Counted from the stretch's first letter, positions 50,101 through 58,384 are shown. The stretch: DNA of 64,000 nucleotides from an uncultured virus (IMG/VR IMGVR_UViG_3300030202_003905) (IMGVR_UViG_3300030202_003905); one strand, 5' to 3'. The notes: generated by a model from the letters alone, not told the origin. Translations and numbers: made by a program.

Positions 50101-52441
50101 TAGAAGTTTGGGTAGGGGTTCTTGTTTGAGTAGATGTTCTTGTAGGAGTTTGTGTACTTGTTTTAGTTTGGGTTGCTGTTCTACTTGGTGTAACAGATTG
50201 AGTAATTGATTTTGTTACTGTTTGAGATGGTGTTCTTGTATTAGTAGGTGTTTGTGTCTGTGTTTGAGTCTGTGTAGCCGTTCTAGTTGACGTTCTCGTT
50301 CTTGTTTGTGTAGGTGTTCTACTTTGTGTAGGCGTTTGTGTAGGTGTCTGTGTTTGTGTCCTGGTTGGAGATTGAGATCTTGTTGGTGTTTGTGTTCTAG
50401 TTCTAGTTGCTGTCCTTGTAGGTGATTGCGTTCTAGTTTGTGTTTGAGATGGAGTTCTACTACTTGTTACTGTATTTGTAGGTGTTTGTGTTGGTGTCTG
50501 CGTTCTTGTTTTTGTTTGTGTGGGTGTTTGAGTTTGTGTTTGAGTGCTCGTTTGTGTTGGTGTTTGTGTTTGAGTACCTGTTTGTGTTGACGTTCTTGAT
50601 TGCGTTGGTGTTTGTGTTCTGGTAGATGATTGCGTTGGTGTTCTTGTTTCTGTTGGTGTTCGTGTGCTTGTCGCTGTTTGAGTCGGTGTTCGTGTGCTCG
50701 TCGCTGTTGGAGATTGAGTTGGTGTTTGTGTTCTCGTTCTTGTAGGTGTTTGTGTTTGGGTTGGTGTTTGAGTAATAGATTTTGTAGGTGTTTGTGTTTG
50801 TGTACTCGTTTGTGTTGGTGTCTGGGTTGGTGTTTGTGTTGGTGTTTGTGTTCTTGTTTTTGTTTGTGATGGGGTTCTGGTAGCTGTTGCTCCTTGAGTT
50901 TCAGTTTGTGATGGTGTTCTGGTACTTGTTGGGGTACGTGTTTGTGTAGCTGTCTGTGTCGGGGTTTGTGTTTGTGATGAGGTTCTTGTATTTGTAGCTG
51001 TCTGTGTCGGTGTCTGAGTTCTAGTTTTGGTTGGTGTTTGGGTTCTAGTCTGGGTTCTTGTTCTTGTATTTGTAGGTGATTGAGTAGGTGTTTGTGTTTG
51101 AGATGCTGTTCTAGATTGTGTAGCTGTTCTAGATGCTGTTACTGTATTGGTTGGTGTTTGAGTTCTAGTCTGGGTAGGTGTTTGGGTTCTTGTCTGGGTA
51201 GACGTTTGTGTTGGTGTCGCTCCTTGTGTCTCTGTTCTGGTTTGAGTAGACGTTCTAGTAGTTGTACGCGTAGAGGTTTGAGTTTGTGTCTGTGTTTGAG
51301 TAGATGTTCTAGTCTGAGTTGGTGTCTGTGTTTGAGTAGCTGTTCTACTCTGAGTAGCTGTTCTAGATTGGGTTGTTGTCTGTGTAGGTGTTTGAGTTCT
51401 GGTTTTAGTATTAGTAGGTGTTCTGGTCTGAGTAGGTGTTTGAGTTTGTGTTACTGATTGAGTTGGTGTTTGTGATCTGGTAGATGTTTGAGTTTGTGTT
51501 CTAGTCTGAGTAGGTGTTCTTGAATTTGTCGCTGTTTGAGTTGGTGTTTGAGTTGGTGTTGCTCCTGGAGTATCTGTAGGTGTTTGTGTTCTCGTTTGAG
51601 TCTGTGTAGCTGTTTGAGTCGGCGTTTGTGTTTGTGTACGCGTTCTTGTTTGTGTTGCCGTCCTAGATTGTGTAGCAGTATTTGATGGTGTTAATGTTTG
51701 AGTAGGAGACTGTGTAGGTGTTTTTGTTTGTGTTGTTGTTCGTGTTTGTGTTTGAGTGGGTGTCTGTGTAGACGTTTTTGTAGGTGTTGTTGATCTCGTA
51801 GGGGTAGGTGTAGGTGTAACAGAACTATCATAAATCTTCATCGGCAAAAAGCCTTCTAATGCAGACCCCGCTGATAATGCTTGATTTTTAAAAAAGGCAA
51901 TATAACTGCTATTTTGTTTTATTAATGTAAAACCTTGAAGAAACTCAGGTGCTCCGGGTTGATATACTGCATAACTAGGTGATGTTAAATCGTCATTTGC
52001 TGCAACCAAAAATACTCTATTTGTGTAATTGGAAGCGCTTAATACTGCAAACGCAGACGTTACAAGCCCGGTTCCTGTAAAAATATTAGGTTCACCTGCT
52101 GTAGTTGACGTAAAAAACGAAACCCCTGTTTTAAGAATTAATTGTTCATCATCGTTATCATCAGAAGGTGGTATAAAGTCCACACTAGTAGCACCACTTA
52201 AAGGTAACGATGATGTACCTCTAACAAACATCATATAGGAACTACCAGGAATAAATTGCGTAAATCCTTGCAAGAATTCCGGTGCACCTGGAGTGTATTT
52301 TATCAAAGAAGCGTTTGTAATAGCTTCACCCGCAAACATTGAATTAATGTTAGAAGCGGCAGCGAATAAAGTATCGGAAACAGTTAATTCTGTATTGCCT
52401 ACATATCTGCTTACTTGACCGGTATAAAATACTTGCCCCAT
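44186..52441 (-). CDS. Giant mucin-like protein (2751 aa): N-terminal duplicated domain, ~2300-aa Thr-X repeat stalk, C-terminal MAM domain
   Basis: Uninterrupted frame; (TQ/TP/TR/TK)n; C-terminal TPSGGTG, FIYCETS, FWYYMFGGNVGTLEV, QG...W, GDICVDSI. Confidence 0.85.
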   Translation of the reverse strand: MGQVFYTGQVSRYVGNTELTVSDTLFAAASNINSMFAGEAITNASLIKYTPGAPEFLQGFTQFIPGSSYMMFVRGTSSLPLSGATSVDFIPPSDDNDDEQLILKTGVSFFTSTTAGEPNIFTGTGLVTSAFAVLSASNYTNRVFLVAANDDLTSPSYAVYQPGAPEFLQGFTLIKQNSSYIAFFKNQALSAGSALEGFLPMKIYDSSVTPTPTPTRSTTPTKTSTQTPTQTQTRTTTQTKTPTQSPTQTLTPSNTATQSRTATQTRTRTQTQTPTQTATQTQTRTQTPTDTPGATPTQTPTQTATNSRTPTQTRTQTQTSTRSQTPTQSVTQTQTPTQTRTPTNTKTRTQTPTQTTTQSRTATQSRTATQTQTPTQTRTSTQTQTQTQTSTRTTTRTSTQTRTETQGATPTQTSTQTRTQTPTQTRTQTPTNTVTASRTATQSRTASQTQTPTQSPTNTRTRTQTRTQTPTKTRTQTPTQTATNTRTSSQTQTPTQTATQTRTPTSTRTPSQTETQGATATRTPSQTKTRTQTPTQTPTQTPTQTSTQTQTPTKSITQTPTQTQTPTRTRTQTPTQSPTATSTRTPTQTATSTRTPTETRTPTQSSTRTQTPTQSRTSTQTGTQTQTPTQTSTQTQTQTPTQTKTRTQTPTQTPTNTVTSSRTPSQTQTRTQSPTRTATRTRTQTPTRSQSPTRTQTQTPTQTPTQSRTPTQTRTRTSTRTATQTQTQTQTPTNTRTPSQTVTKSITQSVTPSRTATQTKTSTQTPTRTSTQTRTPTQTSTRTPTQTKTRTQSPSQTQTTTQTVTKSITQTQTQGATPTKTSTRSQTPTKTRTQTPTQTTTQTVTKSITQSVTPSRTATQTQTPTQTRTQTPSQTATQTQTPTQTSTKTSTQTRTPTQTKTQTRTRTQTATQTTTKTSTQTRTPTQTITRTLSPTQTPTQTRTKSITQTRTATQTKTRTQTPTRTQTPTLSRTATSTRTRTQTKTRTQTPTNTRTPSQTATRTQTPTQTPTQTQTRTTTQTRTPTQTRTRTRTATQTRTPSQTQTRTQTKTRTQTPTQTRTPTVTKSITQTRTRTQTPTQSRTPTQTSTQTTTQTRTRTQTPTRTRTQTPTQTPTQTTTRTQTPTQSQTATRTQTPTQTRTITRTDTPGSTPTRTPSQTATATKTKTRTRTPTQTSTRTPTQTKTRTQTPTQSPTQTQTQTPTNTVTRTRTATQTRTPTQTKTRTQTPTQSRTPTQTASRTQTPTQTRTATQTQTRTQSPTRTRTQTPTQTRTQTPTRSLSPTQTPTQTKTKTRTPTRTATQTKTRTQSPTTTQTGTRTQTPTQTRTTTQTRTTTQTATRTRTPSQTQTPTQTATQTQTPTQTQTPTQTRTPTNTKTRTQTPTQTATKTITRTSTQTRTRTQTKTRTQTPTRTRTPTQTQTSTQTRTPTQTKTRTQTPTQSRTQTKTRTQTPTQTQTRTQTRTPTQTRTPTQTKTRTQTPTQTQTRTQSPTRTRTPTQSRTATSTVTRTRTRTPTQTPTNTRTETPTRTRTPTQTRTPSQTQTQTQTRTPTQTRTRTQTPTTTRTRTQTRTPTQTKTRTQTPTRTQTPTQTRTSTQTSTRTQTPTQTQTQTQTPTVTRTRTPSQTRTRTQTPTRSQTVTRTRTPSQTQTPTQTKTQTRTRTQTRTRTQTPTRSQSPTRTRTRTQTPTRTRTPTQTRTRTQTPTQTRTQTPTQTRTQTPTQTVTRTRTPSATRTATQTKTRTQTPTQTRTKTSTRTATRTKTRTQTPTRTRTPTQTRTPTQTKTRTQTPTRTQSPTQTRTQTPTQTRTQTPTRTRTPSQTQTSTQTRTQTPTRTRTQTPTQTPTQTRTRTQTKTRTQTPTRTQTKTRTQTPTQTPTQTKTRTQTPTSTRTITRTDTPGSTRTRTPSQTQTQTQTRSRTRTPSQTQTSTQTRTPTQTSTRTQTPTRTKSITQTKTRTQTPTRSQTPTKTRTQTPTQTITQTPTNTKTRTQTPTRTRTQTPTQTRTRTQTPTRTRTPTQTKTRTQTPTRTQTPTQSQTPTRTRTRTKTPTRTKSITQTATRTQTPTRTKSITQTKTRTQTPTRTRTPTRTKSITQTKTRTQTPTRSQSPTRTRTQTPTNTVTRTRTRTPTQTPTNTVTRTRTQTPTRTRTPTQTRTRTQSPTRTRTQTPTRSVSPTNTRTQTPTSTKTKTRTPTRTKSITQSKTRTPTRTKSITQSKTRTPTRTRTRTQSPTYTATSTKTKTRTPTRTKSITQSKTRTPTRTKTRTQTPTRTRTQTPTRTQSPTYTKTKTKTRTQSPTRTRTQSPTYTRTRTRTPTRTRTPTYTRTSTNTRTKTRTPTRTVTPTRTKSITQTKTKTRTPTRSVSPTRTKSITQTKTKTRTPTRTVSPTRTKSITQTRTKSITQTKTVSPTRTKSITQSKTRTPTRTKSITQSKTRTPTRTKSITQSKTRTPTRTKSITQSKTRTPTYTATSTKTKTRTPTRTKSITQSKTKTPTSTPTRTKSITKSKTRTPTSTKTKTKTSTKTRTPTKSPSGGPVSATTILFQNVNNSPTTTSSSGAVSLQAPSTGPSSSYYVGAYRVSTGSSKTSTTRSWMCDYGNTPSGGTGVQTGGVNDSSSMATSGTQNSSSSYRFIYCETSSPNYPSVSFGIIMRSNSCPSGKTVTCGFWYYMFGGNVGTLEVTGGSSPSTSSFTSRGSTTLTGAQQGSRSQSWIKKTFSYSNPSTVAQYISFFYTSGSTIYTYQGDICVDSINMTYV
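44860..51820 (-). repeat. Degenerate 6-nt-period coding repeat (Thr-X dipeptides)
   Basis: Plus strand dominated by gtttgt/gtaggt/gttctt hexamers. Confidence 0.95.
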
Positions 52442-52457
52442 TGACTATATTTATTCT

Positions 52458-52736
52458 TTAGTTAAGATGTATATTGCTATTAGTCAACTTAAATGTATAT
52501 TCTTTAGAATTAGCTCTATCAAAGTAAGTAACATCAGCATCTTTATATTCATTATTACTCCAGTTTATGAAGCATTTTGGTTGGTTGTTAACATAAACAC
52601 CGGTACTATTAATACCAGCATCTCCTTCAACAATAGGTTTAAATTCTAATGTATCATCTTTACCTGCTTGAAAAGTAACACCATGTGAATTTACATGCGG
52701 TGCACCACCTGTTCCTATTAATTTTACTTTTTCCAT
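52458..52736 (-). CDS. 92-aa stand-alone paralog of the C-terminal domain of the upstream mucin-like protein
   Basis: LIGTGGAPHVNSHGVTFQ versus LTGTGGAPHPTQDSVTFQ; TAATG coupling. Confidence 0.75.
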   Translation of the reverse strand: MEKVKLIGTGGAPHVNSHGVTFQAGKDDTLEFKPIVEGDAGINSTGVYVNNQPKCFINWSNNEYKDADVTYFDRANSKEYTFKLTNSNIHLN

Positions 52737-54127
52737 TAGAAAGCTCTTGTTCCATCCAAGAATGTACTACTATAAAACGTACCAGCAATTTGAACTCTAA
52801 AGTTCTGACCGGTGTAGTTTGATATAGAATATGGTACAATAGATTTAATTACCCCACTAACTGTAATAGTCATTGAAGCTACTGTAGGTGTTCCAGTTCC
52901 GATACAATCATATTCAAATACATCACCACCAGCAGACTGGAATGTAACACTGTCTTGTGTTGGATGAGGTGCTCCACCTGTTCCGGTTAAAGCGCATGTA
53001 TATGAAGTAATTGGGGTACGTGTTTGTGTAGGTGTTTGTGTGGTTGTTGGTGATTGTGTTATAGATACTGAAATAGTAGATGTCTGAGTAGGTGTTTGTG
53101 TTGTTGTAGGTGACTGTGTAATAGATTTTGTTAGCGTAGGAGTAGTTGTTGGTGTCTGAGTTTGAGTTTGGGTAGGTGTCTGAGTTGGTGTCTGTGTCTG
53201 TGTTTGAGTTTGTGTAGGTGTAGGTGATTGAGTTTTTGATACAGAAATAGTGGATGTTTGTGTTGGTGTTTGAGTTTGTGATTGTGTAATAGACTTAGTT
53301 ACTGTCTGAGTAGGTGTTTGCGTAGGTGATTGAGTAATTGTTTTAGTTTGTGTTATAGATACTGAAATAGTAGATGTTTGTGTGGGTGTCTGAGTAGGTG
53401 TTTGAGTTTGTGATTGTGTTGGTGTTTGGGTTTGTGATTGCGTAGGGGTTTGTGTTGGTGATTGTGATATAGTTTTTGTTTGTGTAATTGATTTAGTTAC
53501 CGTTTGGGTAGGTGTCTGTGTTTGTGATTGTGTACGTGTTTGTGTAGGGGTTTGAGTTGCTGTTGCTGCTGCTGTTGCTGATCTTGTCTGTGTAGGTGTT
53601 CGTGTTCTTGTCTGGGTAGTTGTTTGTGTCGGTGTTTGTGTTGGCGATACAGCAGGTGAAGCTGATTGGGTAATTGATTTTGTAGGTGTTTGGGTAACTG
53701 TTTGTGTTGGTGTCTGAGTTAGAGTTTGGGTAGGTGTCTGTGATTGAGTAATTGATTTTGTTGGTGTTTGAGAAGCCGTATTTGTAATTGTTTGTGAAAC
53801 TGTTTGAGTCTGGGTTTTTGTCCTAGTTTGTGTGGGTGTTCTAGTTTTTGTAACGGTACTTGTAGGTGTGGTGCCCCGGGTATTAGAGACTGTAACTGTT
53901 TGAGTAGGAGTGGGTGACGCACCGTATCTCTCGGCAAAAGGTACTTTATGTTTCTTCTGAGGGAGACCTATAGGAATTAACCCACCTTGCATACTACTAC
54001 GTTGCGCTTGAGGGTTTGGATCGAAAATATTCGGATTTATAGATCGATTCCGATCAACTTTTCTTACAGGACCTTGATTTGGGTCAGATCTATCAAGGGG
54101 ACTTCCTCTGTCAAAATATTTAGCCAC
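52736..54127 (-). CDS. Mucin-like Thr-rich protein (463 aa) with C-terminal globular domain
   Basis: TQTP/TKSITQ repeats; GTG start 5 nt after TAAATA. Confidence 0.8.
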   Translation of the reverse strand: MAKYFDRGSPLDRSDPNQGPVRKVDRNRSINPNIFDPNPQAQRSSMQGGLIPIGLPQKKHKVPFAERYGASPTPTQTVTVSNTRGTTPTSTVTKTRTPTQTRTKTQTQTVSQTITNTASQTPTKSITQSQTPTQTLTQTPTQTVTQTPTKSITQSASPAVSPTQTPTQTTTQTRTRTPTQTRSATAAATATQTPTQTRTQSQTQTPTQTVTKSITQTKTISQSPTQTPTQSQTQTPTQSQTQTPTQTPTQTSTISVSITQTKTITQSPTQTPTQTVTKSITQSQTQTPTQTSTISVSKTQSPTPTQTQTQTQTPTQTPTQTQTQTPTTTPTLTKSITQSPTTTQTPTQTSTISVSITQSPTTTQTPTQTRTPITSYTCALTGTGGAPHPTQDSVTFQSAGGDVFEYDCIGTGTPTVASMTITVSGVIKSIVPYSISNYTGQNFRVQIAGTFYSSTFLDGTRAF

Positions 54128-54156
54128 AATATTATTTATTCAATTGTGGTCAATAA

Positions 54157-55281
54157 CTATGATGTTGTACCTGTTTGAGTTGGTGTTCTGGTTCTCGTCC
54201 TTGTTTGTGTAATAGATTTTGTTCTGGTTTGCGTCGGTGTTCTGGTTCTCGTTGCCGTCGCACTACTGTTCTGAGTAGGTGATACAGATGCAGTTACTGC
54301 AGGTGTTCCAGTATTTGTCTTTGATTTCGTTCTCGTTGGTGTTGCTGTTACACCAGCAGAAGGTGTTCCTGATCTTGAAACAGTTCTTGTTTGAGTTTGT
54401 GTAGATGTTCTCGTTGGTGTTTGTGTGGGTGTTTCGGTTGCTGTTTGTGTAGGTGTTTGAGTAGCTGTTCTAGACCTCGTTGCTGTCTGTGAAGGTGTTC
54501 TTGTTCTAGTTTGCGTTGATGTTTCGGTTTGAGATTTAGTTTGTGTGGGTGTTCTTGATCTTGTAGGGGTTTGCGTTCTCGTCTTTGTTTGTGTAGGCGT
54601 TTGGGTAGGCGTTTCGGTTGTTGTTTGTGTAGGTGTTCTTGTTTTAGTCCCTGTAGGGGATTGTGTTACAGTTTGTGTTGGTGTTCTTGTTCTTGTAGGT
54701 GTAGGTGTAACAGCAGTGGTGCCTGTTTTTGTTTTAGTTAGTGTAATTGATTTAGTTACTGTTTGTGTCTGTGTCTGAGTTTGTGTTTGTGTCTGTGTTT
54801 GAGTCTGTGTTTGCGTAGTTGTAGCTGTTTGTGAAACTGTTTGAGTCTGAGTTTTTGTCCTAGTAGGTGTTTGTGTTTGAGTTTGAGTGACACTTACTGT
54901 CACGGTAGGAGATACAGTAACTGTTTGGTCCTGTGTTGGAGTAGGTGTTGGAGATTCGTTTGGGGTTGATGTTGTTGTTCTCGTTTGAGTTGATGTAGGT
55001 GTAACGCTTTTCGTTACAGTAGGTGTCGGTGTGGGTGTTGCAAATGTTAGGGTTGCAAACGGAGTAGGGGTTCTTGTTTTTGTTTGGGTTTGTGAAGACG
55101 TTATTGTTGTTGTCGCGGTTGCTTCCGGTGTTCCTGTGACTGTTTTTGTAGTTGTAGCTTCAGGAGTAGAGGTAATTGATTGAGTAACCGTGGGTGTTTG
55201 AGTAACCGCTGGTGTTGGGGTAACAAATTGTTGTACCCCTAGGTTGACATAATCAATTACATTGCGTTTCTTTTGTGCCAC
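54157..55281 (-). CDS. Mucin-like Thr-rich protein (374 aa)
   Basis: ~20-aa unique N-terminus then Thr-X repeats to the end; GTG start 5 nt after TAAATA. Confidence 0.8.
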   Translation of the reverse strand: MAQKKRNVIDYVNLGVQQFVTPTPAVTQTPTVTQSITSTPEATTTKTVTGTPEATATTTITSSQTQTKTRTPTPFATLTFATPTPTPTVTKSVTPTSTQTRTTTSTPNESPTPTPTQDQTVTVSPTVTVSVTQTQTQTPTRTKTQTQTVSQTATTTQTQTQTQTQTQTQTQTQTVTKSITLTKTKTGTTAVTPTPTRTRTPTQTVTQSPTGTKTRTPTQTTTETPTQTPTQTKTRTQTPTRSRTPTQTKSQTETSTQTRTRTPSQTATRSRTATQTPTQTATETPTQTPTRTSTQTQTRTVSRSGTPSAGVTATPTRTKSKTNTGTPAVTASVSPTQNSSATATRTRTPTQTRTKSITQTRTRTRTPTQTGTTS

Positions 55282-55344
55282 AAATATATTTATTCTTCAC
55301 ACCCTATCTTCAACAGATGTGAAAAAGATAAAGGTGTATATTTA

Positions 55345-57267
55345 TCAAGGTGTAGCTGATGGTGTTCTTGTTCTGGTTCTTGTGTGTGATGCAGTTTGTG
55401 TAGGAGTATTTGTCTTTGATTTCGTTCTCGTTGGTGTTTGTGTAGCTGTTGGTGTTTGACTTCTAGTTCTCGTTCTCGTCCTTGTTTGAGTAATAGATTT
55501 TGTTCTTGTTTGTGTAGATGTTTGTGTAGGTGTTCTTGTTCTCGTAGGTGTTTGTGTTCTTGTAGATGTTTGTGTTTGAGTTGGTGTCTGTGTTGTTGAT
55601 TGTGTTTGTGTCTGTGTTGGAGTTGCATCTTGTGTTCCAGATGGTGTTCTCGTTCTAGTAACTGATTGTGTAATAGATTTTGTTCTGGTTTGTGTTTGTG
55701 ATTGCGTTGGTGTTTGTGTCGGAGTTGCACCTTGTGTTCCAGAAGGCGTTCTCGTTCTTGTAGGTGTTCCTGTAGCCGTTCTTGTTGTTGTAGCTGTTCT
55801 AGTTTTAGTATTTGTAGGTGTTACGGTAGGTGTTTGTGTTGGTGTTTGTGTTTGCGTCGGTGTTTGTGTAGGTGTTCCAGTTGGTGTTTCAGTTGGTGTT
55901 TGTGTTCTAGTTTGTGTAGGTGTTTGAGTTGGTGTGGATGTTTGTGTTTGCGTCGGTGTTTGTGTAGGACTAACCACTGGTGTTGGTGTTTCAGTTTGAG
56001 ATGGTGTCCTGGTTCTTGTAACAGTATTAGTAGGAGTTTGAGTCTGAGTCGGTGTTTGAGTTTGAGAAGATGTCTGCGTTGGAGTTCTAGATTGCGTTCT
56101 CGTTTGTGTTGGTGTTTCAGTTTGAGATGGTGTCCTGGTTCTAGTTTTTGATTGTGTTGGTGTTTGTGTTTGTGTAGCTGTTTGTGTCTGAGTCTGTGTT
56201 TGTGATTGTGTAGGTGACTGAGTTCTAGTTTGTGTAGGTGTTTGTGTTGGTGTTCTAGTTGGAGTAGACGATTGTGTCTTAGATTTAGTTACTGAAGGCG
56301 TAACTGTTTGTGATGGTGTTCTTGTTCTTGTTGGAGAAGCCGTTTTAGTAGAGGTTTGTGTTTGTGTAGATGTTCTAGTACGTGTTGCAGTCTGTGTTGC
56401 AGTCTGTGTTTGCGTTTGTGTCTGTGACTGAGTCTGTGTTTGTGTTTGAGAAGCTGTTCTCGTTTGTGTTGGTGTTTCAGTTTGAGATGGTGTTCTAGTT
56501 CTTGTAACTGATTGTGTAATAGATTTTGTTCTGGTTTGTGTCGGTGTCCGTGTACTTGTTTGTGTAGATGTTCTGGTTTGTGTTGGTGTTTGTGTTGGGG
56601 TAGCAGAACTCCCATAGGTTGCAGATACAGTTACTGATGGTGTTTGAGTTGGTGTTCTAGATCTCGTTGCTGTCTGAGTCTGTGTCTGAGTCTGAGTTTT
56701 TGATTGAGTAGGTGATTGTGTTGTAGTATTAGAAGGGGTTCTAGTTCTTGTTGTAGAAGGTGATTGAGTAGGTGTTTGTGTTTGTGTAACTGTTTGGGTA
56801 GGTGTTCTAGTTTGTGTGGGTGTTCTTGTGTAGGTGATTGTTTGTGTTTGTGTTTGTGATCTGGTTCTTGTTTGCGTAGCTGTTCGAGTGACCGTCCTTG
56901 TAGGTGTATTTGAACTAGTTGCTGTTTGTGATGGGGTTCTTGTTCTTGTTGGAGAAGATGTTTTAGTACATGTTGGCGTTCTCGTCTCTGTTGGTGTTTG
57001 TGTCTGTGTTTGAGTTTTAGTTTTTGTCTGGGTGGCTGACCTTGTGGGTGTTTGAGTAGTAGTTTGAGAAGGTGTCCTGCTTATTGTCGTTGTTTGAGTA
57101 GGTGTTCTTGAATTGGTAGGTGTTTGTGTAACCGTTCTTGTTTGTGTTGGTGTTTCGGATCTGGTTGGTGTAGCCCCAGCACCAAGAGGAAATTTACCTA
57201 TATCACTCTGAATAACCGGAATCGCCTTTCCGTATTGTTTAATTAATTCTGGTACTGTTATAGGCAC
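55345..57267 (-). CDS. Mucin-like Thr-rich protein (640 aa)
   Basis: ~30-aa unique N-terminus then Thr-X repeats; GTG start 5 nt after TAAATA. Confidence 0.8.
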   Translation of the reverse strand: MPITVPELIKQYGKAIPVIQSDIGKFPLGAGATPTRSETPTQTRTVTQTPTNSRTPTQTTTISRTPSQTTTQTPTRSATQTKTKTQTQTQTPTETRTPTCTKTSSPTRTRTPSQTATSSNTPTRTVTRTATQTRTRSQTQTQTITYTRTPTQTRTPTQTVTQTQTPTQSPSTTRTRTPSNTTTQSPTQSKTQTQTQTQTATRSRTPTQTPSVTVSATYGSSATPTQTPTQTRTSTQTSTRTPTQTRTKSITQSVTRTRTPSQTETPTQTRTASQTQTQTQSQTQTQTQTATQTATRTRTSTQTQTSTKTASPTRTRTPSQTVTPSVTKSKTQSSTPTRTPTQTPTQTRTQSPTQSQTQTQTQTATQTQTPTQSKTRTRTPSQTETPTQTRTQSRTPTQTSSQTQTPTQTQTPTNTVTRTRTPSQTETPTPVVSPTQTPTQTQTSTPTQTPTQTRTQTPTETPTGTPTQTPTQTQTPTQTPTVTPTNTKTRTATTTRTATGTPTRTRTPSGTQGATPTQTPTQSQTQTRTKSITQSVTRTRTPSGTQDATPTQTQTQSTTQTPTQTQTSTRTQTPTRTRTPTQTSTQTRTKSITQTRTRTRTRSQTPTATQTPTRTKSKTNTPTQTASHTRTRTRTPSATP

Positions 57268-57275
57268 TAAAATAT

Positions 57276-57635
57276 TTATTTAGAAAGCTTTGCAATAAAA
57301 GATAAAACTTCAGGATCAGTTTGATTATGTGTGACACTTGACAATGTATTGAAATCTGTAGTGCTAATAAATTTCTTTTTATTGTTTCCAAATATTATCT
57401 CTGTAATAAGATTTTCATCTAATTGTGGTAAATCGCTAATGGTATCTTCATCACACAATTTTTCTCTAACACTATCAATACTATTACCTAATCTTAATAG
57501 TTTTTTAGCTTCTTTGCATATATATGTTGAATGTAGTTTATCTTCGTCACCAGCTTTTTCTACTTTTTTCAGATAATATGAATTTGCTATGGTTAAAGTT
57601 CTACCACTAACGATGCACGAAAGTTTTTTTGCCAT
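57276..57635 (-). CDS. Hypothetical protein
   Basis: 119-aa ORF with CIVSG/YICKEAK; TTGAGT...TATAAT 7 nt upstream. Confidence 0.65.
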   Translation of the reverse strand: MAKKLSCIVSGRTLTIANSYYLKKVEKAGDEDKLHSTYICKEAKKLLRLGNSIDSVREKLCDEDTISDLPQLDENLITEIIFGNNKKKFISTTDFNTLSSVTHNQTDPEVLSFIAKLSK

Positions 57636-57683
57636 TAATCATATTATAGAATGGTTCTTTAATACTCAAGTATAAATATCTAT

Positions 57684-58370
57684 ATGGCAGATCAGATTAC
57701 AAAGATCTTAATAAGAAGTGGTACAACAGAAGAAAAAGATACAATCACTTTGGATGCCGCTGAATTAGGTTACGCAACAGATTCTAAAAAACTTTGGGTT
57801 GGGGATGGCGAGACTAAAGGCGGAAATATTGTTGGGCAAAAATTTTATATTAGTAACCTAAACACTGACCTTAACAAAACTAATACAATTCAATATGCAG
57901 TATCTGGTGATTTATGTTTTGATTTGCAAGACAATACCTTAAAAGCTCTATCTGGTTCAAATGCATTAACACCAGAAGAGTGGGCTATAGTTGCAAATGC
58001 TAGAGGAGATAGTGCAACAGAAGGAACAGTTACCGAAATATTTACAGGTAATGGGTTAATGATTAATGGTGATACATCTAATACAACAACACTTATGACT
58101 ACAGGAACGGTGGGTGTTAATATAGATAATATTTCAACCGGATCAAAACCAGAAATTCTTCAATTAAGTTTATCGGGAATAAGAGCTGACTGGGGTGTAC
58201 TATATCCTATAGGATCAGTTATATGGTCTAGTGATATTAATTATTCTAGCAACCCAACTGAGGTAGGTAATTGGTTAGAAGGATCTGGCCTAGTTTGGGC
58301 TCCAGCAGGTACGTCTGAAACATTAGGATCAGGTGCTTCATCACTATCTGCATGGAAACGTACCGGATAA
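57684..58370 (+). CDS. Virion fibre protein with hyaluronate-lyase/Mtd-type N-terminal domain
   Basis: ILIRSGT...LDAAELGYATDSKKLWVGDG; LYPIGSV; TATAAATA 5 nt before ATG. Confidence 0.7.
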   Translation: MADQITKILIRSGTTEEKDTITLDAAELGYATDSKKLWVGDGETKGGNIVGQKFYISNLNTDLNKTNTIQYAVSGDLCFDLQDNTLKALSGSNALTPEEWAIVANARGDSATEGTVTEIFTGNGLMINGDTSNTTTLMTTGTVGVNIDNISTGSKPEILQLSLSGIRADWGVLYPIGSVIWSSDINYSSNPTEVGNWLEGSGLVWAPAGTSETLGSGASSLSAWKRTG

Positions 58371-58384
58371 ACATAAATAACAAT

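Noticed and set aside
44835..56615. Long Val/Leu/Cys-rich plus-strand ORFs and His/Lys/Gln-rich alternate-frame ORFs
   Set aside because: They are antisense or frame shadows of the Thr-X repeats, whose complement lacks stop codons; they have no promoters or globular domains
44860..57180. Possible CRISPR array, telomere-like or satellite repeat
   Set aside because: There is no constant repeat with unique spacers; variation is at synonymous positions and the reading frame is preserved
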